From assembly GCF_001447785.1 (NCBI RefSeq), contig NW_015174925.1, forward strand, positions 112,229 to 176,228: 64,000 bases of DNA, given 5' to 3'. The position numbers and the translations under genes are program-made. Below the pieces are notes generated by a model that was given only the letters and a program-made list of their open reading frames with translations, had not been told where the DNA came from and did not search any database. Position 1 is the first letter of the stretch; every line of letters begins with the position of its first letter. This document shows, in pieces, positions 49,693 to 62,106 of this stretch. Origin of the DNA: Gekko japonicus (lineage: Eukaryota).

Positions 49693-51849
49693 TTTAGTGC
49701 TGGCTTGGCTTGCTTCCCTGTAGTAAACTTTGCAAAACAGCATGGGGGACAGAAAGCAGAACTATTGCTGTTTATATTCTGCCTTTCCTGTGCCCTAGTG
49801 GCTGCCATGTGGAACCACATTAGAAGTAAAATAAACTAGGATGCATTCTGCACATAGCATGACACTGGCTTCAGGGGCCCTCCAGCTAAACTGGGCCCCA
49901 GGAATTTTACACACACTTTCTTTTCTTTTTTTCTAGGAAACCTTCAGCTCTGTGATCCTCCACCTATGTAGTACTGTCCGGTCTACAATCTGAAGTCTCC
50001 AGAACCTTAATCTCACTTCATTCTGGTGCATTTGTAGACAAGGCAGGGTTTCATTCAAATGTATAGCCAACATCCACAAGTCAACGTATTTGGGTGTAAG
50101 TCAGTTTAGTTCCAACTGTCTTAAGACCAAGTATTTCAGCTTAACAGGGGGTGTGAATCAAACTGCCTCTGTCCATTATGGTAAATATTTAACCATTTTC
50201 GTAAATAGGGCTGTCAACAAAAAGGTCATCTTTTGTATTCAATGAGATTACTCTTATTTGCCTTTGTTTCTCACCCCTTGTTGGAAAGCACAAGGCCCTG
50301 CTGACATAAACCTCAACCGGTCAGAGGGAATTCACCAGAGGCACAGTGACTGTGATGGATGGCAGCAGGCAGTGGAAGGAATCCTGATCTTAAGTATGTT
50401 AATGCTTGACAGTCACTGGCTTGACAGTGAATCCTGATCTTAAGTATGTTAATGCTTGTCACTGGCTTGACAGCGATTGCTATTTTTAGAAGACGCATAT
50501 ATTCTGTACCAAATAATATACAGGGGCACAGAACACCCCATTAAATACTACGCACTGTCGCGACTAAATGCTACTTTTTTGTTGTTTGTTTCTCTCACGC
50601 CGCTGTATGCTGAATAGCAAGCACAATTAAGATTCTCTAATCCTATTTGACTGCAAGAGAAAGGGTGGGGATTGCAGCTATTGACTTGGGGTGCTCTTTT
50701 TGAACCTTGGAATCACAATGGTGTTAACGGTATTCTCCTGCACTAGAAGCTTGCAACCAAAGAACTGGCTGGCAAATTCAGATTGGTAGGTATGAGTCCA
50801 CTCCCCCACATTCTTCGGTCTAATTGCTCCCTCGTGGCCAAGTCAGAAGGGTGCACTGATGATAGTGTCTAAACTTTATATCTCCTTGGCTATACAGCTG
50901 CACCACCACCCCTCAATACATCCCATGTTTCTACTGCCTCCCTGTCCCTATACCCAGCATCAGGTTTCAGTTTTTCCTTAACTCCTCCAGGTCTAGTCCA
51001 ACATTCAAACCACTATGCATTCCCACAGTCTTTTTTTGTGCCAGAGTAACCAGATTTTCTTGCATAATAAAATGGATCTTATGCCTACAAAAATCACAAT
51101 GCACGGTCACCATAATATAATATTGCTTTCTGCAGTACACAAACTGCATAATGCAGTACAACCAGGAACAACCAGCATACACATGCAAAACTGAGACCTG
51201 GTGTTTTTCCCCTCCACATTACTTACTACAACTAAAACAACTGCAAATATCAGAGTACTCTTAGAGACTTCCAACAATACATTTTGAATATCATAAGCAA
51301 ATCAGAGTTTTGGCAAGGTAATTTTAAGTTACAAAGCTGTAGTAAAGCTGATCACACCTCTGCAAGACTCAGCAATTTTCAGGCCCCTGAGTACATCTAC
51401 CTTGCGCCTTATCGATTATGCTCCCCAGGCTCCGCAGCTCCTTGTAATAAATATTGCCAGTATCAAGAAGCCCAACTAAAATACAGTGACCAAGAAAAAC
51501 AGAAAAGAGTAGAAATTGTAAATACAAACTGATCTGTCAATCTAATGCTTCCAACAATCTCGTTTTTGTAACAATCTTTGTAAGAAGTACCATACATCAT
51601 GGATTAGGATTTTGTATATTACCCTGTTTGGAAAAGATTGTAATCTATGAAAATAGGAGAGACAGTTTTTGACTTTCAGAAGAAGTTTTCTACAAAACGG
51701 AAGATTACTCCGGAGAATTTCGTCATCCAATTTGTTCTTCTGAGGACTTCTTTTTCCTAGAAGGAAATATTTATGAGAATTGCTGATCACTATATCTTTA
51801 TACTTACCTTATATTGTTATGAATTATAAGCACATTTTGTACAGTTTCC

Positions 51850-54150
51850 TTTGGGTCTTCCTTTGTGGGTTTAACACCAGCAAGGTAATGTCCTGGTTCA
51901 AGTGAAACCTTGATGTAACTTTAGGTAAAAACTGGAGTGAAGTGCAAAGTACTTAACCTGGTGTTGAATACTTTCAGAAAAGGAGGGTCGTGTCTCAGTG
52001 CCTATAGCTCGCAGACCTTTCTAGCTGACGTGATGGCTATTAGGAATATTGTTTCATGATAAGAAAACGCAGAGAGTAAGAGGCCATGGGTTCAAATGGT
52101 TTCCCCAACTGTTGTGAGATAACAAGTGACAAGCTCCACTAAGAGACTGGTGGAGGAACCAGAGAGAATTGGTTGACTAGACCCCTTGACTAACAGCTTG
52201 GATTCCTTCTGAGCAAACAGAAACTTCACTCAGATTTGAATATGGAAACATGTGGTGGCAGTGAACTCTGATGAAGGCAGAGAAGAGACCTCCCTGTACT
52301 AGGCTGAGCAAGTATTTAAAAACCTTTTCTATCCGGCACAATATGGGATCCAGATCTTGTGCCATGGCCCATGCACAGAAACATTCCTATTCAGCCAAAT
52401 GTGAGTGCCAAGTGGTTGGATTTCTGTCATTAAGTAAAACCTCTCCTGAGGGGCGGCTGGTCCCTGAATGAACCATGCTATTAAATGCAGGCTGCCAATG
52501 TTTGGATGTAGAAACAGGCTGTGTGGAAGGAGATGGGTGTTCCTGGGGGGGGGAGATTTATACCCCACCCTTCAGTACTCGAAGGAGTCTCACAGCAGCT
52601 TACAATCCCTTTCCCTTCTTCTCCCCACAACAGGCACCCTGTGAGGTAGGTGGGGCTGGGAGAGCTCTCTTGAGGACTGCTTGTGAGAGAACAGCTCTGA
52701 GAGAACTTGTGGCTGACCCAAGATCACACCAGCAGCTGCATGTGAAGGCATGGGGAATCAAACCCGGTTCTCCCAGATTAGAGTCCACACTCTTAAACAC
52801 TACAACAAACTGGCAAAAGGGAATGTATCTGCCATGGGACATGCTTAGCAGTCTAGGGAACCATGTTTGCCTCGGCCTGAAAGGATCTGTTTAAATGGCC
52901 AATGTGCATTCTTGTCTCATTTGTAAAGGACTCTTGAGATCAGTGGTAGGGAAGGAAAAGCATACAGCAGGTTTCCTGTCCAATGAATTTGGAATGCGTC
53001 TCCCAGAGACTGTGGGTCTCATATGCCCCGGAAACAAAAGAATGCATTTCTTGTTCTAATTTGTAGCAAACAAGTCTACTGCTGGTTGTCCCCAGTACCT
53101 GAAGATCAGGGCGAGAAAGACCCAGTTGGTTTGCCATTTATGAGAGTCTAAAGGCATGCAGCCGACAAAGCCCGCTAGATGGTTGTTGACTCCAGGCTTG
53201 AATTATGGCCTCATTGGAGATCACCCATTCCCAGATGAGTGTGGAAAGATGGCAGAGGGTGTAGGTGCGAGTGCCATCCTGTCTGTCTATGTAGGACATA
53301 AAGGTGATACTGTCTGTGGCTATTTGTATATTCTTGCCTGAGATGTGTTTGTGTAGGGCTACTAAAACTGTTGTGCAGCTCTTTGAGTTCTAGCATGTTG
53401 ACATGGAGGCATGCTTCTCAGGTGGACCATGTCCCACTGACTGACACATGCCCAATCTGGGTGCCTCAGCCTAACAGGGAAGCATCCATAGTCAGTACAA
53501 CTTCTTGAACAGGGGAGTGAAACAGGATCCCTTTTAGGAGGTCTCATTACACTGCAAGGGTAGACCAAATGCCTCAAAATGCATTGGCCAGACAAAGGGG
53601 GGGGGAATACCCGTGATTGTTTCTCTACAGCGATACCCTTCTTTCAGCCACTGTTAGGACAACACAAGATATCTTGGCCCGAGCAAAGAAAAAGAGCATA
53701 AAAGCACGGCTCATATTAATCCTCTTTCTCTGAACTAAACGTGAGTATTCCAAAGGACCTGTGTCCCATGTGCAATTATTGTTAACCAAATGAGTGTGAC
53801 TCAGCAGATACGGGAAGCCAAACAAAACCGTTTCAGATAGCAAAACTGGAGCGAGGGACAATAGCTGCCACCTCCAGAAAGGGAGAGATCTGCGGCCACC
53901 CATGTTTAATGCAGATAAATGAGAACGTGCACTACTGCTCTCTGACCATGGAGAGGCCCTGTCAAGGGCTCCAGCTGCTCCGGCAAAGAACTGGGTGGCC
54001 CTTCCTTTTCACGGCAGCTCCTTAGAGTTTAAAATTGAAAACATTAGGGCGGAAAGAGAAGTGGGCTTGGGCTCCCCTTGAATGAAAGGGAGAGATTAAC
54101 GAGGAGGGTGGGCTCCGTCCCCGCCAAACACATTCTCTACTCGAGCTAGG
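51850..54150 (-). mobile_element. Decayed DIRS1-type retrotransposon (RNase H, methyltransferase-like and tyrosine recombinase domains)
   Basis: RNase H: LTMDASLLG*G...GTWS...LHVNMLELK. MT-like: WGQPAVDLFA...SLGDAFQIHW...LLYAFP. YR: WSLSLVISQQLGKPFEPMA...IFLIAITSARKVCEL...FLPKVTSRFHLNQDI. Confidence 0.88.
52542..52814 (-). mobile_element. Squam3-like SINE inserted in DIRS
   Basis: Antisense body and head. Confidence 0.88.
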
Positions 54151-54474
54151 AAAATCCTCTCCAATGTTCAGGCTAAGTTTATTAGAGGGCCTCCTGTCAC
54201 AGAACAGTACACTTGCACAAACACAAACAAGAACAGTGAAGAGGAGCAGCAGCTTGGCACCTTAGAGTTGCTGCAGAAGGCAAAAGGGCTGCTTCCCCAG
54301 GTTCCCCAATGCAAATATCTAAAGATACATGGGTGCACACATGGGGGATCCCCATGGTTTGTGGGCTTACTGCGGTTTGTTAACAGCAAAGCAATTTTTA
54401 TGCGTGGAGCTCCTCTTGGTTCCCCCTAATACCTAGCTCTCTTGTGAACGTTTGTCCCACCCTTGCTCCCTAGA

Positions 54475-54636
54475 GCTCAGGAGCTCTCCCTTCCCCATTT
54501 TATCTTGACAACAACCCTGCAATGTAGGTTGACTAACAGAGTGTGGTTGACCCAACGTTGCCCTGAGTGGAAATTTGGGAATGTGAACCGAGCTTTTCCA
54601 GATCCTAGTCCAATGCTAGAACCATTGTTCCACAAT
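54475..54636 (-). mobile_element. Old CORE/Squam3-related SINE remnant
   Basis: CCCATTTTATCTTGACAACAACCCTG...TAGGTT...GACCCAA pattern. Confidence 0.5.
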
Positions 54637-54674
54637 GTACTAGTTCACTGTGTCAGCACAGCTCTGAATACTGG

Positions 54675-55360
54675 AAGGAGGAGGAGGAGGGGATTGGATC
54701 TATACCCCTCCCCCAAAGGAGTCTCAAAGTGGCGAAGAAGAAGAAGAAGAAGAAGAAGAAGAAGAAGAAGAAGAAGAAGAAGAAGAAGAAGAAGAAGAAG
54801 AAGAAGAAGAAGAAGAAGAAGAAGAAGANNNNNNNNNNNNNNNNNNGGAGGAGGAGGAGGAGGAGGAGGAGGAGATTGGCTTTATATCCCGCCCTTCACT
54901 TGGAGTCTCAGAGCGGCTTACAAACTCCTTTCCCTTCCCCTCCCCACAACAGACACCCTGTGAGGTGGGTGGGGCTGAGAGAACTCTGACACAAACTGCT
55001 CTTTTTCAAGGACAGCTGTGCCAGAGCTTGTGACTGACCCAAGGTCACATTAGCAGGTGCAAGTGGAGGAGTGGGGAATCAAACCCGGTTCTCCCAGATT
55101 AGAGTCCGCACACTTAACCGCTACACCAAACTGGCACCAAACTTACAATCCCTTTCTCTTCCCGTCCCCACAACAGACACCCTGTGAGGTAGGTGGGGCT
55201 GAGAGAGCTCTTTCCAGAGCTGTTTGTGAGAGAATAGTTCTGAAAAAACTTATGACTGAACCAAGGTCGCACTAGTAGCTGCATGTGGAGGAGTGGAGAA
55301 TCAAACCTGGTTCTCCCAGATTAGAGTCCGCGTTCCTAACCACTACACCAAACTGGCTCT
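54675..55360 (-). mobile_element. Older Squam3-like SINE (54675-54733 joined to 55141-55360) split by a young copy (54734-55135) with a long (GAA)n/(GGA)n tail
   Basis: The older copy breaks at GTCTCAAAGTGGC and resumes at CTTACAATCCC; the young copy is intact; small gap at 54829-54846. Confidence 0.88.
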
Positions 55361-56177
55361 CCAAGACTGCCGTGCAGTGAAGGCAGATATTATATTCAAA
55401 ATACTAGCAACTATGATTTCCTACAAGTTATAATTGTCATGTCATGTGAAATCACTTCCTGAACCAAATCTAATCAATTCACTAATGGAAGCAAAATCAG
55501 ATGAGTCATTTGTAGAAAGGATTCTAATTTTGCTCCCCCCACACCAGCTTTTATACCATCCTTCTTCACCTACCCCTCATAAAGGAAAAATAAATTATAA
55601 AAGTCCCTTGAAGAACAAGATCCTTTGTATGTCAGAGAACAATGCTATAACACAAAAAAAGACACATGGTTCTAATTTATTAATGAACATATGTTGTCTG
55701 TAATTTTTCTGCACTTATTCCATTACTGCTTGACATTTCCTATTGTCACTGCTGGCATTTGTAAACAGTTCCACATGACTAAAGCCAATCTCTGCAACCC
55801 ATTGAAGATGAATGATAAAAGAATACAAGGCTCACTCCTCAGTAGGAAAAAAAATCCCTTTTTCAGATTTGTTATAAAGTTTCATACTTTTTAAAATGAC
55901 CAGTTTTACAGATACATACTAAACATCACACAAATATACACCCCAAATCATATTTCACTCACACACAATGCATACTTAGAAGGCAAGACAGAGAGAGAAA
56001 TAATGTTCTTTTCTTCAGTCACAAATGAGAAGGCCTTGCCTGAAGCAAAGGGGTTGGTGGGACATATAGAAAATTCAGTTTCTGGAACTGTTTTCAAAAA
56101 GATCTTGCACTCCTGGTAAAGTGGGCTAATGTGTAGAGCTCTTCTGAAAGAAATCACCTCGGAAATACACAAGCCTT

Positions 56178-58284
56178 GGTTCCATTTCCGGTATGGTGCG
56201 ACGACGGGCGGGTTTCAGCAAGCGCTGAACCTCCCGACCGCGTTAGCTTCCTTTCGGGGATCCTGGGTGCCGGGAATACCCGACCAGCGAGCCTGGAGTG
56301 GCAAGCTGGAGCAGGGGGCTTTTGTTTTTGGCCCTTCCCTCAACCAGCAAGGCAGGGGGGGGCAGAAGCCGCCCCGAAGCAGAAGCATCCGACGGAGCAG
56401 AACATGGCCGCCATGCTTCTGCCTAGTCACAGCCACCCAGTATTTTTAACTTTTCGCACAAAGAAGGAGAATGAGAAGTTTGGAAAGACAAATTGGCTGA
56501 AACTTGGAAAAGGAAATGAGGACTATAATTACCCGAAAAAGGGGAAAACACCCCAAACGTTGGCGTCCAACTAAGAGTGTTAGCAGTAAAATGGCCGAGG
56601 AAATAAACGGGACTGAACTTTAAACTGAAACCTCGGTGGGGGAAAAGAAAGACAAAGGTTGGTGCTGTGTTTTGTACTGGTTTTGGCAAAGATATGAGGT
56701 ACTAGGGGATAAAAAGACTGTGATAAGACAATTTTGTGTGTGGTGCCTGAATTTGAAAGAGATGGCGTGCAATCAGAGCAATGAGGAGGAACGGGCTGAA
56801 GAGCTGGAAGTTGGGGAGATAAATATGGAGCAATTTATTAGAGCAATAAGAGAAGCGGTGAGGAGAGGTTGTGAAGAGGCATGTGTAGAATTAAGGAAGG
56901 AGTATGGTTTGCAAGTGGAAACAGCAGGAAAGGAAAAGCAGGGGTCAATTGCCGTGGAGAAGATTCTTGAGGAGGAACTGATAGAAAATGGAGACTGTGT
57001 TAAGAAAGAAAATTTGGATGATGGTGTGGACTTGCTAAGGGAAGTAGCAGAACCTAAAGGAAAGTTGCCTGGACGTTCAGAAGGAAAATTAAGCGATATG
57101 AAAAGGAGAACTTTGTGCTTCCCTCCTCTTGAGATATAAACTGGAAGACTGACCCGAAATTTATTGGCTTATGATCTGAAATATTAGTATTTGTATTTAT
57201 ACCTACTTACTTATAAATGTATGTTTTTGTACTGGATTTTGTTGGGACAATTAGTGGTGATTAGAAGGGGTTGTTTTAAGATATAAGGGAAATAATAAGG
57301 GTGAATGAATAATTGTTTAAATATAGTGATTATGAGGAAATTAATTGGTAATATGATGAGTAATCCAAAATGATCATAACGGTTACTAGTGATTTGGTAC
57401 TAAATGAATTAAGTAAAAATATTATAAGGGTTTTAAAGTATATTTATGTGACTAGAAATGGATTAGAAATTGATTTTGTGTATTGGCTTATGAATTGAAG
57501 TATTAGTGTTTGAATTTAAACTTATTTATTCATAAATCTATGCAGTTGTAATTGATTTAGCAGGGATATGTTTAAAAAAAAGAAAAAAAGAATGAAATTG
57601 ATTATAGTTAAGAAAAATGAATTGGTAATTGTTGAGGGGAATTATTGTATATTTATATTTATGTGATTAGAAACTGATTAGAAATTGATGTGGACACTGG
57701 TTGGTAGACAGGGATGAGTTGTAAGTAGGTTTAATGTTGTTTATTGCAATAAATGTGAGGAGGATTGACTTAAGGTAGGTCTGGGCCTGGAAAACTATAA
57801 ACGGATAATGTTGAGGAAATGAAAGGGAAAAGGGATACCTCAAAGAAGAAATTTAAAGCTGTAAGCTAAATATTAATAGAACATTAAAGCTCTAAAAAGT
57901 GAGGAGAAAAGGTAAAAGGATAAGAAGGGAACAAGGGAAAAAATTAAAAATAAATAAAAAAATAATTATGAACTTAAACCCCTATATTGATTGCACAAAA
58001 CTGGCTAGACATGGGAGTTGGGATAAGAAGTGTTGAATAGTCAATAATAAACCTCAAAAGACTATAGAAATATAAACTTTTAGTCAACACAGATTAGATA
58101 TGAAGATTGGAAAGAAGGGAAAATTAGCTTCTGAAAGTATGTTGGGAATGTCATTTTGTGTCTTCTAGAAAATAAGTGTGGTTCAAGGTACGGATGTATA
58201 CGTAATTTTGTCAATGATCTTGTTTATGTTTATGTGTACAATATAGGCTTATAAAACTCAATAAATAAATTATTATTTTTTAAA
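56178..58284 (+). mobile_element. Non-autonomous L1-like retroelement with short ORF (copy A, 2107 bp)
   Basis: Perfect 17-bp TSD GGAAATACACAAGCCTT (56161-56177, 58285-58301); CpG-rich 5' end TTTCCGGTATGGTGCGACGACGGGCGGGT with YY1-like ACATGGCCGCCAT; 3' AAAACTCAATAAA. No RT or endonuclease motifs. Confidence 0.85.
56762..57139 (+). CDS. 125-aa acidic helical ORF of the non-autonomous L1-like element
   Basis: ATG in strong context (GAGATGG), open to TAA; related to the ORF at 38748-39293. Confidence 0.5.
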   Translation: MACNQSNEEERAEELEVGEINMEQFIRAIREAVRRGCEEACVELRKEYGLQVETAGKEKQGSIAVEKILEEELIENGDCVKKENLDDGVDLLREVAEPKGKLPGRSEGKLSDMKRRTLCFPPLEI

Positions 58285-58744
58285 GGAAATACACAAGCCT
58301 TTGTGGTTTTAGGCGAACAGATACCGTCCCTGGTACTAGATTCATTGGATCACTCTGGATCTATGTACACTAGCTTTATGCCTGCTTTACACTTACTGTG
58401 AGTTTGCATAAGCCAGATATCTTTGAACTATTTTCTCTCAGTGTGAACACACAAGTAATTTTCGCTCCTGAATGGATGCAACACACAGGTTTTTCATCAG
58501 TATACAAGACACCTGATTGCGAAGAACTTCAGTTCCCAAGGTAAAAATATCACATATCAAAGCAAGTAGTAGTTTGACTAAAAACCTTAGAAGGTGCGTT
58601 GAAGGAAGGGCTGATTCACATCATCAATGCTCTCAGGTCCTCTGACAATATTTTTAAATGTCTAAAACTAAGCCTGTTTTCCTAGCCTTGTGCTGTAAGT
58701 CACACTCTCCTGTCTGTAAGTCACACGTGCCCTGTATGACCTAT

Positions 58745-59040
58745 TAAAGTTTCGCAGGGAATGTAAGGCAGAGATGTTCTGCCAGGCCTTTGGCTGAGAC
58801 CAGTGATGGTTCTTTACATCTGCCTGGCACCCCCCCTCCTCCCCCATGACTGAATGCTAGATATGCCATCTCATCCTTAAAATGTCTTCAAATACTTAAA
58901 TGGTAGAATGTTTTTAATATTGAATTTTTATGGTTTTAATCAGTTTTATAATGTGTTGAATTATTTTGTTGTAAACCGCTCTGAGCCCCATGCAAGCAGG
59001 GAAGGGCAGTCAAGAAATCTAATGAAATAAATAAACAAAT
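58745..59040 (+). mobile_element. L2 3' end fragment
   Basis: ...KAEMFCQAFG-like ORF end, TGTAAACCGCTCTGAGCC...GGGCAG and (AAAT)n tail. Confidence 0.75.
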
Positions 59041-59256
59041 TTGGAGTGGGCCGTGCATGCGCCCTACAGCCGGTCGCCACCATGAGCCAGCTGGGGAGTT
59101 TTGTGAGGGGAAGACGCGAGGCGGGCCGGTGGGGAGGCCACCCCTGGAGAGCCCCGCGGAGGGGCGAGAAGCAGAGCCATTGCGAAACCAGCCACAAGCC
59201 ATTGCCTGGGAGACCCGTCGGAAGCTGCAGAAAAGCCAGGGGGTGCTAGGGCCTGA

Positions 59257-60181
<925 letters not shown>

Positions 60182-60977
60182 TGATTACTTAAACAATTTT
60201 ATGCATACACGGACACAAAATTCATGTTATTTTTCCTTAGAGTTATTATCTCTGCTCAGTATTTCTCTGTTTAAGTGATTTGATGGTTTCACAGGCCTGC
60301 AGAAAATGCAAACCTCTGCCATGGAAAGGACTGCTAAACCAACTGACCAGCCCCAACTTCTAAAGGGTTAACTAGCAAAACAGAATATACAGATCTCATG
60401 GGTTGTCAAAGCAATCATATGACCACTACCCACAACATAAATATGAAAACGGTTTTTTTAAGTTCCCAGACCCTTTTCAGACCTAATTAAATCATGTTTT
60501 CCAATAAACACAATACTGTTTGACTGTACAGTACCACACACATAAATAAGAAAAAGAACAAACAATGCTGAATAAATTACACAGTTATTTACCTGCACAT
60601 ATTTGATTATGAATGTTGAATCCCATCAATTCTTCTGAATATGATAACTTTGATTAGATCTTCATCATCTGCAGTAACCAGAAATTCTCAAGAGAGTGAT
60701 GCTGTTGATGCTGTCTTGGGTTCAACAGCTGATTGGAGAGATATCCTAAAAGTTCAGAAGACAGTTACACTCCTGAAACTATCAAAAATCAACACAAAAA
60801 TGAAATTTCCAAGCTTCTTTCTAAAGGAAAAAGTTGTTGGTTTAACTGTGCACGGCACTAATAGCAGCATCAGATTTACAACAAAGACTACTGCTTCCCT
60901 GCTTTCATATTCCCATAACACATGCCCTTTCTAGATTCAAAAATCATTCATAAATTCAAAAGCTAGTTGAATCCAAC

Positions 60978-61265
60978 TCTAGGAGGCGGTGCTCATCTGT
61001 TTCCAAGCCGAAGAGCCAGAGCTGTCCAAAGATGTTTCTGTGGCCATGAGGCTGGCATGATTAAATGATGAGGCACATAGAACGCTGTTACCTTCCCACC
61101 GAAGTGGTACCTATTTATCTACTTGCAATTTCTTGCTTTCAAACTGCTAGGTTGACAAGAGATGGGAGCCCACTCCATCACACGGCACTAGGGTCTCGAA
61201 CTGCTGAACTACCGACCTTCCAGTCTGCAGCTCAGCATCTTAACCTCTGAGCCACCACAGCCCCT
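60978..61265 (-). mobile_element. Sauria SINE, 3'-truncated
   Basis: GTTACCTTCCCACCGAAGTGGTACCTATTTATCTACTTGC...TTTCAAACTGCTAGG and antisense head CTGAGCCACCACAGCCCC. Confidence 0.88.
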
Positions 61266-62026
61266 GCTCACTCTGGTAGGGCTATGCAAATTTTGGTGTG
61301 GCTCCTATTGGAGAGATGCCAGGCTTACCCTCCAGTTCTGGATATTTCATCAGCAGCCTCTAGTTTTATGACTGGGTAAACATATCCAGTGGCATGTTTA
61401 CAAACAGAATTTCCCCATGGTGCCAAAATGAAGATCTTCAACTGTAACCCACTAGAATAACCACCTGGTTGTACCGAGCTGCAGGGAGCCAGAACTTTCA
61501 GAAAACATTGAATTACTCACTGAATTACATATGCAACAAAAACCATGCAGCAATGTTGATCTGCATTTGAAGTCAGAAAAAAATGCTAATGCTGAAGGGG
61601 GGGGGGGATGCCAATTTGATTCCAGGGTTTACGTTGAGGCCAAATAGTTCATTGCATGTTTTGAAAATATGACAAACAGGCTTTTTAAAATGCTGTTTTC
61701 GACAGCCTCTCACTCCTGCATCCCTGAGTATGCACCAAAAATACATGATCATCTCCAATATCTTCTGAGCAATTTTAATACCCAATGGTATTCCAGTGTC
61801 ATCTACTTCTCTCGTTGCATATTTAAGATCTATGGGACAAGTTACACACTATACATGAACAGGCATAATTGTCTAAAGAAACCAGCTTTGGAAAGAGGTA
61901 CTTTTCAGAGAGAACTAGCAAGGCGAGGGACATTCCCCCCCCCACTTTTCCCACTGCCAGTCCCCACCCTAGCTGTTTTCCCCCACAGCTTCTAGACATG
62001 CATTTACAAAAGTAAACATCCATGCT

Positions 62027-62106
62027 CTAGGGCTGATCCTGCATTGAGCAGGGGGTTGGATTAGATGGCCTGTATGGCCCCTCCCCAAATCTGTGATTCT
62101 ATGATT
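62027..62106 (+). mobile_element. CR1 extreme 3' end
   Basis: GATCCTGCATTGAGCAGGGGGTTGGATTAGATGGCC...GTGATTCTATGATT. Confidence 0.85.

Noticed and set aside
51758-51808. GT-AG intron between a donor near 51807 and an acceptor near 51758 (minus strand)
   Set aside because: About 51 nt, below the usual vertebrate minimum; similar 26-nt and 40-nt candidates at 21.3 kb and 4.4 kb were rejected for the same reason.
54463-54989. Poly-Arg / poly-Lys ORFs
   Set aside because: Translation of the (GAA)n SINE tail.
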